A DNA stretch of 64,000 bases from Eubacteriaceae bacterium. Its GTDB lineage: Bacteria; Bacillota; Clostridia; Peptostreptococcales; Anaerovoracaceae. Below the pieces are notes generated by a model that was not told where the DNA came from, did not search any database, and worked only from the letters and a program-made list of their open reading frames with translations. The stretch is from assembly GCA_022652985.1 (NCBI GenBank), contig JALCRY010000006.1, positions 284-64,283 on the forward strand. Reading direction: 5' to 3'. Position numbers and translations under genes: made by a program. The stretch's first letter is position 1. The number at the start of each line of letters is the position of its first letter. This document shows, in pieces, positions 1 to 11,010 of this stretch.

Positions 1-1355
<1,355 letters not shown>

Positions 1356-1471
1356 AATGGTTAAAGATAGAATGGTTTAAAAGGTTGCGTAAATATCCTT
1401 TTACCTTGGATGTTCAATTTTGAGGGTACAGTTTATAATTGAATCCTTATGCGCGTATGCGCGCGAAAAAA

Positions 1472-1588
1472 TCCAGTGGCAATAGCGAGGAGGCTACACC
1501 TGTTCCCATCCCGAACACAGAAGTTAAGCTCCTTAGCGCTGATGATACTTGGCTGGCGACGGCCCGGGAAAGTAAGACGCTGCTGGTT
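1472..1588 (+). rRNA. rrf: 5S ribosomal RNA
   Basis: TCCAGTGGCAATAGCGAGGAGG...CCTGTTCCCATCCCGAACACAGAAGTTAAGC...GCTGCTGG. Canonical 5S loop A/helix motifs, 5' and 3' ends pair, about 117 nt, about 115 nt after the 23S end. Confidence 0.93.
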
Positions 1589-1593
1589 TTTTC

Positions 1594-1668
1594 GGCCCTG
1601 TGGTCAAGCGGTTAAGACACCGCCCTTTCACGGCGGTAACTCGAGTTCAATTCTCGACAGGGTCACCA
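1594..1668 (+). tRNA. tRNA-Glu (anticodon UUC), CCA encoded
   Basis: Cloverleaf folded by hand: acceptor GGCCCTG/CAGGGTC, anticodon stem CCGCC/GGCGG with loop CTTTCAC (UUC), T-arm CGAGTTCAATTCTCG, 3' ACCA. 75 nt. Confidence 0.93.
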
Positions 1669-1674
1669 GCGGAA

Positions 1675-1709
1675 AAGCTTCGAATGCTGAATGCATTCGG
1701 AGCTTTTTT
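1675..1709 (+). terminator. Rho-independent terminator closing the rrn-tRNA transcription unit
   Basis: 13-bp stem AAGCTTCGAATGC/GCATTCGGAGCTT (one G-U pair), 5-nt loop, followed by TTTTTT. Confidence 0.85.
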
Positions 1710-1860
1710 AGTACTGTCTTTTATATCAGCGGCTGCTGATATTATTCTGTTCTCGGATCTTCGGACGGCAGCAAACCTCTGGATTCCAATATTTACGAAA
1801 GATACTACTTTGCAATTTGTTTGATTATATACGAATATTTATTTCTTTAAAAGTGTATAA

Positions 1861-1878
1861 ACATTTTACGTATACGTA
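1861..1878. promoter_or_regulatory. Candidate operator: box ACATTTTACGTATA (copy 1) overlapping the perfect 12-bp palindrome TACGTATACGTA (1867-1878)
   Basis: The 14-nt box is repeated exactly at 1925-1938. The palindrome has the GT-N-AC core typical of GntR-family operators. Confidence 0.45.
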
Positions 1879-1921
1879 TAGACATATTTTATAACGTTGA
1901 AACTTCAACGATTATATGATA

Positions 1922-1950
1922 TTGACATTTTACGTATATATGTGTATACT
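1922..1950 (+). promoter_or_regulatory. Sigma-70 type promoter of the 2035-10931 operon
   Basis: TTGACA (1922-1927), 17-nt spacer, TATACT (1945-1950). Box copy 2 (1925-1938) overlaps the -35 element and spacer. Confidence 0.6.
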
Positions 1951-2034
1951 CTAGTTGTTAAAGGTTTGACAACGGTATAGCAAAACACCAGTATACCGAT
2001 ATACCGATTAACCGTCGTTTGAAAGGAGAGAACA

Positions 2035-3282
2035 ATGGAGCAAACTAGCAGAAGAAGTAAAATACTTCAAATCATTGCACTTGGTGTTGCAGGCGGATCG
2101 ATTTATCTGATCCCGTATATCAGATATGTCTTTTATGACTGGCAAATGAGCGCTATGGGCATTTCCAACACCCAGCTCGGACTGCTGACAACAGCATATA
2201 CTATAGGCAACATCATTCTTTATATCCCTGGAGGTGTCATAGCTGATAAATTCTCAACTAAAAAGAGTATTATTATCGCTCTTGGCGCAACAACACTCCT
2301 GACATTTATTTTCGCGTTCCGTATGGGATCGTTTGCATTCGCACTTATTGTATGGGGACTGTTTGCTGTTACAACAACATTCCTTTTCTGGGATTCACTG
2401 TTCAAGACATTAAGACTGGTAGCCGATGAAGATGAGCAGGGCTTTATGTTCGGACTTTATTACATGTGCAACGGACTTACCGGAGCAATCGTAAACGCTG
2501 TCGGCCTGAAAGTTGCAGGCGCATTCGGAACAACAGATCAGTCGAAGTTCTTCTGGGCTGTAGTCGTATATGCGATCGCTACAGGCGTAGCTGCGCTTCT
2601 GGTGGCAATCTTCCTGAAGGATAACAAATCGGCAGAAGCTCTTTCTGTCAAGAATGAAGAAGATGAGTTCCATTTCTCAATGGTCGGTCAGCTTCTCAAG
2701 AATCCTACGGTATGGGCATTTGCACTGATCGTATTCTGCGGATATGCTATCTACTCAAGCACAAGCTATTTCACGCCGTATCTTACAGATGTAAAAGGTG
2801 TATCGCCTGAGGATTCAGGTTATCTGTCGATTATCAGAACGTATATCTTCTACATCGTTTCACCGCTGTCCGGACTTCTTGCTGATAAAGTCATCAAGTC
2901 CACGAGTAAATGGTTCATTTTCCTGTTCGTCATTCTCGGACTTCTGTACGCGGGAGTATTCATTATCCCTGCAGGAGCAAGCGTGGGCGCGGTAAGCTTC
3001 TACACACTTCTCCCTGGACTGTTCGGACTCGCACTTTATGGAATCATTTTCTCGATCGCATCGGAAATCAAGATTCCGGCGGCTGTTATGGGTACTGCCG
3101 TAGGACTGGCATCCATTATCGGATACCTGCCTGATCTGTTTATGGCTACAATGTTCGGAAGCTGGCTCGATAAGCTCGGCAATGCAGGATATAATTATAT
3201 CTTTATATTCCTGACTGCTGTTTCTGCTGTAGGTCTGCTGCTGACACTGTTCGTTAGATCGAGAGCCAAGAAACTGGCGTAG
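2035..3282 (+). CDS. MFS-type transporter, substrate unknown
   Basis: 415 aa, about 12 hydrophobic segments, SD AAAGGAGAG 6 nt upstream of ATG. First gene of a tightly packed operon. Confidence 0.75.
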   Translation: MEQTSRRSKILQIIALGVAGGSIYLIPYIRYVFYDWQMSAMGISNTQLGLLTTAYTIGNIILYIPGGVIADKFSTKKSIIIALGATTLLTFIFAFRMGSFAFALIVWGLFAVTTTFLFWDSLFKTLRLVADEDEQGFMFGLYYMCNGLTGAIVNAVGLKVAGAFGTTDQSKFFWAVVVYAIATGVAALLVAIFLKDNKSAEALSVKNEEDEFHFSMVGQLLKNPTVWAFALIVFCGYAIYSSTSYFTPYLTDVKGVSPEDSGYLSIIRTYIFYIVSPLSGLLADKVIKSTSKWFIFLFVILGLLYAGVFIIPAGASVGAVSFYTLLPGLFGLALYGIIFSIASEIKIPAAVMGTAVGLASIIGYLPDLFMATMFGSWLDKLGNAGYNYIFIFLTAVSAVGLLLTLFVRSRAKKLA

Positions 3283-3308
3283 CTGAGACAGAATAGGATG
3301 GAAATATT

Positions 3309-4661
3309 ATGGAAGATAAAGGTGGAAAGCAAAAGCTGAAAAAAGAACTCGGCCTGTGGGCAACTACTGCAATTGTCATAGGCCAGATGCTGGGCACCGG
3401 GATCTTCATGGCACCGCAGGGATTGGCGGAACTCGCCAATCCGGCGGCTGCTGTTTTGGGAATGGCAATCGCCGGAGGCGGTACACTGCTTCTGGCATGG
3501 ACATTCGCGAAAATGAGTGAAGAGAATCCCGTTACGGGATCGGCAATAGTAAATACTCTGGATGCATTCGGACCGCTTCCGGCTTTCATGGTCGGGTGGT
3601 CGTACTGGTGCGGATGCTGGGTGGCAAACGGTGCCATCATCCTCGGAGGCATAAACTACTTATCGTATTTCTTCCCTGTCTTTGCGACAGACGGATTCGC
3701 AAAATACGGACTTACACTCATTGTGCTGTGGTTCTACACGCTGCTTGATATAAAAGGCGTAAAGGAAGCCGGTATAATGAACCTCGTTGTGACGATAATG
3801 AAAATACTGCCAATAGTGCTCTTCATTATTATCGCAGCAATGAATTTTGACAGTAAGAATCTGGCGACAGTTTCTGCTGCAAGTGTGGCGGGTATGAAGA
3901 CACTCCCTGTGGCGATCGCATATTGCCTGTGGTCATTCATCGGCTTTGAAGGTGCATGCGTAAACGCGGGAGAAGTAAAAGACACAAGTATTATCAAGAA
4001 AGCAACGATGTTCGGAACTCTTGCAATAGCGATCATATATATACTGCTGCTCATTCTGGCAGCGGGGAATATGGATCAGGCAAGTTTGGCTGCAAGCCAG
4101 TCACCGTTCTCCGACATCATGAGAAAAGCGACAGGTGCATACTGGGTCGGCGGATTTATTTCAGTAATGGCTTTTATTTCAGCGTTTGGCTGCGTGGGAG
4201 CGTGGGTAAACAGTGCGGGGCGTATAGCATATTCGCTGAGCGAATATCATCTGTTCCCGGGTTCTATGGCCAAGATCCATGAAAAGTATAAAACGCCTGT
4301 CAACGGACTGATTGTAAACGGCGTTCTTATGACAATAATAATGCTGCTTGCATATTTCAATAAGCAGGGGAGCCTGTATAATTTCTTCCTCCTCCTTGCT
4401 ACTATGGCCTTCCTGGTATTCTATGCATTCGGAGCAGCCAGTGAAATAGTGCTCTCCGGAAAGAAGATCAGGCCATTCAATATATGGAATTTTCTCAAGA
4501 GCTCGTGCATTTCACTTCTTGCGTTTGCATACAGTGTTTACACGATATACGGATCCGGAGCGGACTATGTAATGTACGGTTTCCTCCTGATCCTGATGGG
4601 ATTCCCGTTCTTCATATATGAAAAACTCAAAGTAGAAGCGGACGAAGAACGACTTCAATAA
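3309..4661 (+). CDS. APC-superfamily amino acid/polyamine antiporter-type permease
   Basis: 450 aa polytopic. N-terminal KKELGLWATTAIVIGQMLGTGIFMAP resembles the AdiC/ArcD/GadC-type signature. Confidence 0.8.
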   Translation: MEDKGGKQKLKKELGLWATTAIVIGQMLGTGIFMAPQGLAELANPAAAVLGMAIAGGGTLLLAWTFAKMSEENPVTGSAIVNTLDAFGPLPAFMVGWSYWCGCWVANGAIILGGINYLSYFFPVFATDGFAKYGLTLIVLWFYTLLDIKGVKEAGIMNLVVTIMKILPIVLFIIIAAMNFDSKNLATVSAASVAGMKTLPVAIAYCLWSFIGFEGACVNAGEVKDTSIIKKATMFGTLAIAIIYILLLILAAGNMDQASLAASQSPFSDIMRKATGAYWVGGFISVMAFISAFGCVGAWVNSAGRIAYSLSEYHLFPGSMAKIHEKYKTPVNGLIVNGVLMTIIMLLAYFNKQGSLYNFFLLLATMAFLVFYAFGAASEIVLSGKKIRPFNIWNFLKSSCISLLAFAYSVYTIYGSGADYVMYGFLLILMGFPFFIYEKLKVEADEERLQ

Positions 4662-4685
4662 AAAAAGGAATAGAAAGGAACAACT

Positions 4686-5897
4686 ATGAAACCACTCGAG
4701 GGCATTAAAGTGATAGAACTGGCGCAGGTCGTAGCTGCGCCGACAGTAGGCAGAGTAATGAGTGATTTTGGAGCTGACGTCATCAAGATCGAACCTCTGG
4801 GCGGAGACGTTCTGAGAGGTGCGGGGATAGCGTATGCGCTTCCTATTGAGGAAGATGACAACCCGCTGTTCACGATCATGAACAGCGGGAAAAGGCTTAC
4901 GGCTGTCGACACGAAGTCTGAAGAAGGATACGCTGTCCTGATGGCGCTGCTCGAAGATGCGGATGTATTCGTATCAAATATAAGGATGAAATCTCTTAAA
5001 AAGATGGGACTTGATTATGATACTTTGAAAGAAAGATTCCCTAAACTCATTTACGCGCATTTTTCGGGATACGGACAGACCGGACCTGATGCCAATAAAC
5101 CGGGTTACGATTCGACGGCTTTCTGGCTGAGAAACGGCGCTATGATGGACTGGAAAGCCGAAGATGAATTCCTCATGAATCCGTCATATGCTTTCGGAGA
5201 CATGACAACAAGCAATGCATTTTTAAGCGGCATTCTCATGGCGATCATCGGCAGAGCTTCAACCGGCGAAGGAACATTTGTCACTACTTCGCTGGAAGCG
5301 AGCGGCATATGGTGCAATATGTGCGATATCATCTCGTCCCAGCCGCAGTATGGCCGCAAATTCGCATATGATCAGTTCCATCAGACCGATCCGTTCTGCG
5401 CAATATATAAATGCAGCGATGGAAGATACATCGGTTTTTACGACAACGATTATATCGCGGAAAAGGAAAAATTCGCAAAGCTGTTCGCGATGGAAGACAT
5501 ACTTGATGATGAAAGATATGAAACAACAACTACTTTGTTTGAATCCAATGCGATCGCAGAAGCAATAGAAAGAATGAACGCGATCATGGAAAAGAAGACC
5601 AGCGCCGAATGGGAAAAAATATTCGAGGAGAATAATGTTTCTTATGAGATAGCCATGCATGCCTCAGAGGTCAGTACCGATCCGCAGGCTGCAGCAAACG
5701 GATATCTGGAAGAGGTGGAATTCCCTAACGGCGACAGACCGAAAATTCCTGTTCCACCTGTCAAATACGATAAGTACGACAGGAAGAAGACGACACCGGC
5801 AGGCGGTATCGGTGCAGATACCGATGCAGTCATGGCGGAACTCGGATATACGGCGGAGCAGATAGCCGATCTTAAATCAAGAGCGGTGATCAAATAA
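4686..5897 (+). CDS. Family III CoA-transferase (CaiB/BaiF/FldA type)
   Basis: 403 aa. N-terminus MKPLEGIKVIELAQVVAAPTVGRVMSDFGADVIKIEP is the characteristic family III Rossmann start. Conserved GYDS/AFGD region present. Confidence 0.85.
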   Translation: MKPLEGIKVIELAQVVAAPTVGRVMSDFGADVIKIEPLGGDVLRGAGIAYALPIEEDDNPLFTIMNSGKRLTAVDTKSEEGYAVLMALLEDADVFVSNIRMKSLKKMGLDYDTLKERFPKLIYAHFSGYGQTGPDANKPGYDSTAFWLRNGAMMDWKAEDEFLMNPSYAFGDMTTSNAFLSGILMAIIGRASTGEGTFVTTSLEASGIWCNMCDIISSQPQYGRKFAYDQFHQTDPFCAIYKCSDGRYIGFYDNDYIAEKEKFAKLFAMEDILDDERYETTTTLFESNAIAEAIERMNAIMEKKTSAEWEKIFEENNVSYEIAMHASEVSTDPQAAANGYLEEVEFPNGDRPKIPVPPVKYDKYDRKKTTPAGGIGADTDAVMAELGYTAEQIADLKSRAVIK

Positions 5898-5927
5898 TTA
5901 CCAAAAGCAAAAGAAAGGAAAGCAACC

Positions 5928-7118
5928 ATGGAGTACAAATTAGCAGACCAGTTAAAGAATGCACATCCGACTGCGATCAGAAAGATCTACATGTATGCAT
6001 GTGATCATCCTGAGTTTCTGGACCTGTCCATAGGAGAACCGTCGGCGGATACATTTCCGCTGAAGGAGATCGCTGAGGCCAGCAGAGACATGTATGAAAA
6101 CAACGGTAAAGTGGCGTTGGCTTACGGACCATATGCAGGCATGGACGACTGTATAGACGAAATCAGAAAGTGGGTCGAGAGAAGAGGCTTCGATATGACC
6201 AATGAAGCTATCGAGATGCTCCCGGGCAGCGGACATGGCATGGATAATATGGCCAATACGTTCTGCAACGAGGGAGATGTCATTCTCGCTGAAAGATTTG
6301 CCTATCCGGGCATCCAGAACGCTGCCAGGATGGTAGGAGCGAAGCTGGTCGGTGTCGACATGGATGATACTGGTATCATCATTGAAGATCTCGAAAAAAA
6401 GGTAAAAGAGAATCCGAGGACAAAATTCCTCTATCTCTGCCCTTCGTTCAGTAATCCTACAGGTATCACGATCAGCAATGAAAAGAGAAAAGCCATATAT
6501 GAGATAGCTCAGAAATATGACTTCATGATCTATGAGGATGATCCGTATTCGCGTCTGAGTTTCGACGGTGATTTCAAGACTGAAATCAAAAAGCTCGATA
6601 CCGACGGCAGAGTCGTATATGCCGCTTCACTTTCGAAGATCGTTTCTTCGGGAATGCGTATCGGTTTCTTCATCTGCAACAAGGACCTCAGACAGTATCT
6701 CGAAATGTCACAGGGAAATGCCGGAGTCCAGTCGGTACCTGTTATGCTGACAGTTGCAAATTACATGAAGCACAATGACATTGAAGCTCACTGCAGAAAA
6801 GTCGGTGAATACTACAAAAAGAAGGCAGACTGTCTCCTTGAGTGTATAGATAAGTATTTCCCTAAATCGTGTAAGGCCATCACCCCTAAGGGCGGTATCT
6901 TCGCCTGGGTAGAGGTTCCGGAGACACTTGATCTTGAAGAAACATGGGATGAACTCATCCATGCGAATGTAGGCGTTGTTCCTTCGTTCGGCTTCTCAAG
7001 CGATCCGGACACGATTCCGGGAAATGCATTCAGAATATGCTATTCGACTCAGCCTCCTGAAGTAATAGACGAGGCGATGAAGATCATGGGCAACTTACTT
7101 CATTCAAAACTCGACTAG
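5928..7118 (+). CDS. PLP-dependent class I aminotransferase (ARO8/LysN-like subgroup)
   Basis: 396 aa. Motifs PSFSNPTG, YEDDPY and SLSKIVSSGMRIGF (PLP-lysine motif SxSK...R). Confidence 0.85.
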   Translation: MEYKLADQLKNAHPTAIRKIYMYACDHPEFLDLSIGEPSADTFPLKEIAEASRDMYENNGKVALAYGPYAGMDDCIDEIRKWVERRGFDMTNEAIEMLPGSGHGMDNMANTFCNEGDVILAERFAYPGIQNAARMVGAKLVGVDMDDTGIIIEDLEKKVKENPRTKFLYLCPSFSNPTGITISNEKRKAIYEIAQKYDFMIYEDDPYSRLSFDGDFKTEIKKLDTDGRVVYAASLSKIVSSGMRIGFFICNKDLRQYLEMSQGNAGVQSVPVMLTVANYMKHNDIEAHCRKVGEYYKKKADCLLECIDKYFPKSCKAITPKGGIFAWVEVPETLDLEETWDELIHANVGVVPSFGFSSDPDTIPGNAFRICYSTQPPEVIDEAMKIMGNLLHSKLD

Positions 7119-7127
7119 AGGAGAAAA

Positions 7128-8312
7128 ATGGACAGAGCGATAACTGAGAAAATCAGACATTCCGCAGAAGAGCATTTTGAAGAATGCAGAGAGATCGCGG
7201 ATTTTATGACAGACAATCCGGAAGTCGGATTGGATAATCATCTGGCAGCCGGCAGGATATCTGAATTACTGAAGAAAAAAGGCTATGAGGTTGAAAATAA
7301 TTATCTCGGAATCATGAGCGCATTCCGTGCTTTCAAAGGAAAATCTGACAATAAACCTAAAGCCGCTATACTAGTTGAAACGGATGCACTGCCGGAGGTC
7401 GGACATGCGTGCGGCCATTCACTCAGCGCGGGGGCCAGCCTTCTGGCGGCCTTCTGCGCCGAGTCAGTGTTTGATGATCTGCCGTTCGATATTGAACTGA
7501 TCGGCACACCGGGTGAAGAATTTCCGGGAGGGAAAGTTCTTCTTGATAAGGAGGGCGCTTTCGACGGATATGAATTTGCGATCATGACGCACATGGACAA
7601 CAGAACTTATCCGGACAGCGGATTTCTGGCCTGCAATGACAGATATATTACATTTACAGGCAAGGCAAGTCATGCGAGCGACGCTCCTGAAAAAGGGATC
7701 AATGCTCTGAATGCGGCCAGACTGTATATGGATGCCATGGACATGTGGAGACAGCATATACCGCGTACGACGCAGATCCAGGGAGTAGTGGAATTCGGAG
7801 GCGATATGCCGAGCACTGTGCCTGACCGTACAGTACTGAATTACTACTTCAGAGCAAGGACGCTAAAGGAGCTCGATGAAATCACAGCGATTTCCGACAG
7901 AGTTCTTGAAGGTGTTTCCCTGGCTGTCGGCGCGAAATATATGCAGGAGCAGCGATATGAAACGTATGCGGACTTTTACAGAAATCCGGTCGGCAGAAAG
8001 ATCGTCTGTGATGTGTATGATGAGCTCGGCATAGATTATATCGTCAGAAACGATACAAACGGTTCAAGCGATATAGGCAATGTTGATCAGAAGATACCGT
8101 GCTTCCATCTTTATATGGCAGCGACGGATGATCCGAATGCATTCCTGCACGATAAAAGCTTTGCGGCATATCTAAAAACGGAGAGCGGATATCAGGGCCT
8201 GAAGAATGCAGCGATGAGTATGACTGCCGTTATCGGTGAACTCGGCACTCAGGATGGACTGCTGGAAGAACTGAAGAAAAAACACCGGGAGTATCGCTCT
8301 CAGAATAAATAA
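7128..8312 (+). CDS. M20 family amidohydrolase (AbgB/PM20D2-like)
   Basis: 394 aa. ETDALPEVGHACGHSL metal-binding motif typical of AbgB/PM20D2-type M20 enzymes. SD GAGGAG present. Confidence 0.8.
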   Translation: MDRAITEKIRHSAEEHFEECREIADFMTDNPEVGLDNHLAAGRISELLKKKGYEVENNYLGIMSAFRAFKGKSDNKPKAAILVETDALPEVGHACGHSLSAGASLLAAFCAESVFDDLPFDIELIGTPGEEFPGGKVLLDKEGAFDGYEFAIMTHMDNRTYPDSGFLACNDRYITFTGKASHASDAPEKGINALNAARLYMDAMDMWRQHIPRTTQIQGVVEFGGDMPSTVPDRTVLNYYFRARTLKELDEITAISDRVLEGVSLAVGAKYMQEQRYETYADFYRNPVGRKIVCDVYDELGIDYIVRNDTNGSSDIGNVDQKIPCFHLYMAATDDPNAFLHDKSFAAYLKTESGYQGLKNAAMSMTAVIGELGTQDGLLEELKKKHREYRSQNK

Positions 8313-8346
8313 GACTAAAACTGTTTCAACTGAGAAAGGAGAAGAA

Positions 8347-8553
8347 ATGGCTCAAATCATATATGACAAAAAAAGATGCAAGGGCTGCCATTACTGCGTT
8401 GATGCATGCCCGAAGAAAATTATTACTGTCAGCGGCGAACTGAATGACAAAGGATACGAAGTCGTTGAATTTGACGAAGCACAGTGTATAGGATGCGGAT
8501 CATGCTATACGATATGTCCTGACTATGCGATAACCATCATCAAGGAGGATTAA
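8347..8553 (+). CDS. 2-oxoacid:ferredoxin oxidoreductase delta subunit (2x[4Fe-4S] ferredoxin)
   Basis: 68 aa with CKGCHYCVDACP and CIGCGSCYTICP. Immediately precedes the alpha subunit. Confidence 0.85.
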   Translation: MAQIIYDKKRCKGCHYCVDACPKKIITVSGELNDKGYEVVEFDEAQCIGCGSCYTICPDYAITIIKED

Positions 8554-8555
8554 TA

Positions 8556-9638
8556 ATGGCAGATAATGAAGTAATAATGAAAGGAAATGAAGCGCTGGCC
8601 GAAGCTGCCATCCGTTCGGGATGCAGATTCTTCAGCGGTTATCCAATAACGCCTCAGACGGAGATCCTTGAATACATGTCATGGAGAATGGAAGAAGCAG
8701 GCGGCGAAGCTATACAGACAGAAGACGAACTCTGCGGAGCATATATGCTTTTCGGAGCGGCGGCGGCAGGAGCAAGAGCGCTGTCAACATCGGCAGGCCC
8801 GGGATTTTCGCTGTATCAGGAAGCGATATCGTATCTCGTAGGATCTGATCTTCCGGCAGTGCTGGTAGATGTATCAAGGATAGGAAATGCGCTTGGCGAT
8901 ATCAGCCAGAGCCAGGGCGACTATGAGCTCATAAGAAAAGGAAACGGACATGGAGACACGATGGTCATCGCTCTCACGCCGGCATCGGTGCAGGAGATCG
9001 TGGATGACGTACAGCTGGCATATGAACTGGCGGAAAAATATCTGCACCCTGTCATCATCCTTTACGATGCAGCTATCGGTCAGATGATGGAAGGCGTAAC
9101 GCTGCCGGAAATGTCAGAGCATGACATCAATAAATTCGACTGGTCAGTCAAGGGAATCGAAAAAGGACAGCACGGACGCAAGATCACGAACGTATCATAT
9201 TTCTGCGACAACATGTATGTAGGATATGAGAAGTATCTGCGCGACAAATATAAGGCTATCACCGACAACGAGCAGAGATGGGAGAACGTGGAAGTGGCAG
9301 ATGCGGAAGTAGTCTGCGTCGCATACGGAATCAGTTCCAGAGTCTGCAAGGAAGCTGTCAGAAACGCGAGAGCGGAAGGCATAAAACTCGGCCTTATCCG
9401 TCTTAAAACGATCACACCGTTCCCTGTAAAAGCATTCGAGGAAATAGGTCCTGACTGCAAGGGCATCGAGGTAGTGGAAATGAGCATCAAAGGCCAGATG
9501 GTCGATGATGTCGCGCTGGCAACAAAGTGCAATATTCCGATCTACGGGTATCTCACATCTTATCTCGTACCGGACAGCGAAAAAGTAATTGAAGTGGCAA
9601 AAGATATCCTTGCCGGAAAAGCGGAGGAGGTTTTATAA
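8556..9638 (+). CDS. 2-oxoacid:ferredoxin oxidoreductase alpha subunit
   Basis: 360 aa. N-terminus GNEALAEAAIRSGCRFFSGYPITPQTEI is typical of KorA/VorB/PorA. Confidence 0.88.
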   Translation: MADNEVIMKGNEALAEAAIRSGCRFFSGYPITPQTEILEYMSWRMEEAGGEAIQTEDELCGAYMLFGAAAAGARALSTSAGPGFSLYQEAISYLVGSDLPAVLVDVSRIGNALGDISQSQGDYELIRKGNGHGDTMVIALTPASVQEIVDDVQLAYELAEKYLHPVIILYDAAIGQMMEGVTLPEMSEHDINKFDWSVKGIEKGQHGRKITNVSYFCDNMYVGYEKYLRDKYKAITDNEQRWENVEVADAEVVCVAYGISSRVCKEAVRNARAEGIKLGLIRLKTITPFPVKAFEEIGPDCKGIEVVEMSIKGQMVDDVALATKCNIPIYGYLTSYLVPDSEKVIEVAKDILAGKAEEVL

Positions 9639-10384
9639 TGGCAACTAAAGAATTTAAGGCTCCGGAAATGCTCCGTACAGGCGATCCGACAGGTTTTTGC
9701 CCGGGATGCGGCCACGGTACTGTGGGAAGACTCGGATTTGAGGTACTTGACGAGATGGGTCTTCTGGAGAAATCCATTTCCGTATATGATGTAGCATGCG
9801 ACTCGCTCTATATGTGGGCGATAGATACCGACTGTGTCGGCACGGCTCACGGGCGTGCGATAGCAACAGCGGCAGGCGTCAAGAGAGTTAGAAAAGATTG
9901 TCCTGTATGGGCATATGTCGGCGACGGCGCATCGTATTCCATCGGATTCCAGCACACAGTATGGTCGGCCGTAAGGAACGAGAACATTACTGTAGTAATA
10001 ATTAATAACGGCGTGTTCGGCATGACAGGCGGTCAGATGGCACCGACGACGCTCATAGGACAGAAGACGACTTCTTCTCCTGCGGGCAGAAGAGCTGATG
10101 TCAACGGATATCCTATGGATATCACGAAGATCCTCACAGGGCAGGACATAGCTTATCTCGCAAGAGGCAGCATAGATACTGTGGCTAATATCAACAAGAC
10201 GAAGAAGTACATCCGCAAGGCATTCGAGAAGCAGATGAACAATGAGGGATTCTCGCTCGTAGAAGTACTTGCGCCTTGTCCGACAAACTGGGGCCTTTCT
10301 CCTCATGATTCACTCGAAAGAATCCGGAATGAAGTCATGGAAGTATTCCCGATCGGCGAGTACATTGAAAGGGGAGTGAAATAG
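9638..10384 (+). CDS. 2-oxoacid:ferredoxin oxidoreductase beta subunit (TPP-binding)
   Basis: 248 aa. FCPGCGHG cluster motif and GDGASYSIG TPP motif. TAATG overlap with alpha. Confidence 0.88.
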   Translation: MATKEFKAPEMLRTGDPTGFCPGCGHGTVGRLGFEVLDEMGLLEKSISVYDVACDSLYMWAIDTDCVGTAHGRAIATAAGVKRVRKDCPVWAYVGDGASYSIGFQHTVWSAVRNENITVVIINNGVFGMTGGQMAPTTLIGQKTTSSPAGRRADVNGYPMDITKILTGQDIAYLARGSIDTVANINKTKKYIRKAFEKQMNNEGFSLVEVLAPCPTNWGLSPHDSLERIRNEVMEVFPIGEYIERGVK

Positions 10385-10385
10385 A

Positions 10386-10931
10386 ATGTTGACAGAAATA
10401 ATTTGCGCAGGCTTCGGCGGCCAGGGTATCCTTACTACGGGCATCCTTATTTCGTACGGTGCTTTCAAGAACGGCAAAAAAATCACCTGGTATCCTTCAT
10501 ACGGATCAGAGATGCGCGGAGGAACAGCGAACTGCACGATAAAGATAAGCGACGGCGAAGAGATCGCCAGCCCTTATGCCAAGGAGCTCGACGTGCTTCT
10601 GGCGATGAACGCTCCTGCTATCGACAAGTTCGAAGACCGCATCAAACCGGGCGGGTATCTGTTCGTGAATGCTTCGATCGTTCCTGACGACAAAAAGTAC
10701 AGAGACGATATCAAAGTAGTAAAAGTCGACACCGTAAAGCTCGCAGAAGAGGCGAACAATCCTAAGGGCGGAAATATTGCGATGATAGGCGTTATCCTCA
10801 AGAAAACGGGCCTTCTGACACTTGAACAGTTCGAAGCATCGATCATCAAGTATTTTACGGACAAGGGCAAGGAAAAATTCAATGATGCCAACATAGCGGC
10901 ACTGAGAGTAGGCTATAACAGCGTCCAATAA
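10386..10931 (+). CDS. 2-oxoacid:ferredoxin oxidoreductase gamma subunit
   Basis: 181 aa. GFGGQGILTTG... SYGSEMRGG motif of Kor/Por gamma subunits. Confidence 0.85.
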   Translation: MLTEIICAGFGGQGILTTGILISYGAFKNGKKITWYPSYGSEMRGGTANCTIKISDGEEIASPYAKELDVLLAMNAPAIDKFEDRIKPGGYLFVNASIVPDDKKYRDDIKVVKVDTVKLAEEANNPKGGNIAMIGVILKKTGLLTLEQFEASIIKYFTDKGKEKFNDANIAALRVGYNSVQ

Positions 10932-10940
10932 TAGTATATA

Positions 10941-10988
10941 TACGTATGCACAGGCCGGAATGATACTGTCATTTCGGCCGTATACGTA
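10941..10988. terminator. Compound hairpin after the OFOR operon, flanked by TACGTAT/ATACGTA arms
   Basis: Inner stem GGCCGGAATGA/TCATTTCGGCC (10953-10979). Outer arms TACGTAT (10941-10947) and ATACGTA (10982-10988). No clean T-run on the plus strand, so function as a terminator is uncertain. Confidence 0.5.
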
Positions 10989-11010
10989 AAAATATTATCC
11001 GAAAAATGCC

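Noticed and set aside
1449-1824. ORFs 1449-1739 and 1600-1824
   Set aside because: They overlap the 5S rRNA, tRNA-Glu and the rrn terminator. They have no SD and contain translated RNA-gene sequence.
9560-10306. 248-aa minus-strand ORF, the same length as the OFOR beta subunit it overlaps
   Set aside because: The plus-strand frame carries the CPGCGH and GDG TPP motifs and is translationally coupled to its neighbours. The equal length is a coincidence of a shadow ORF.
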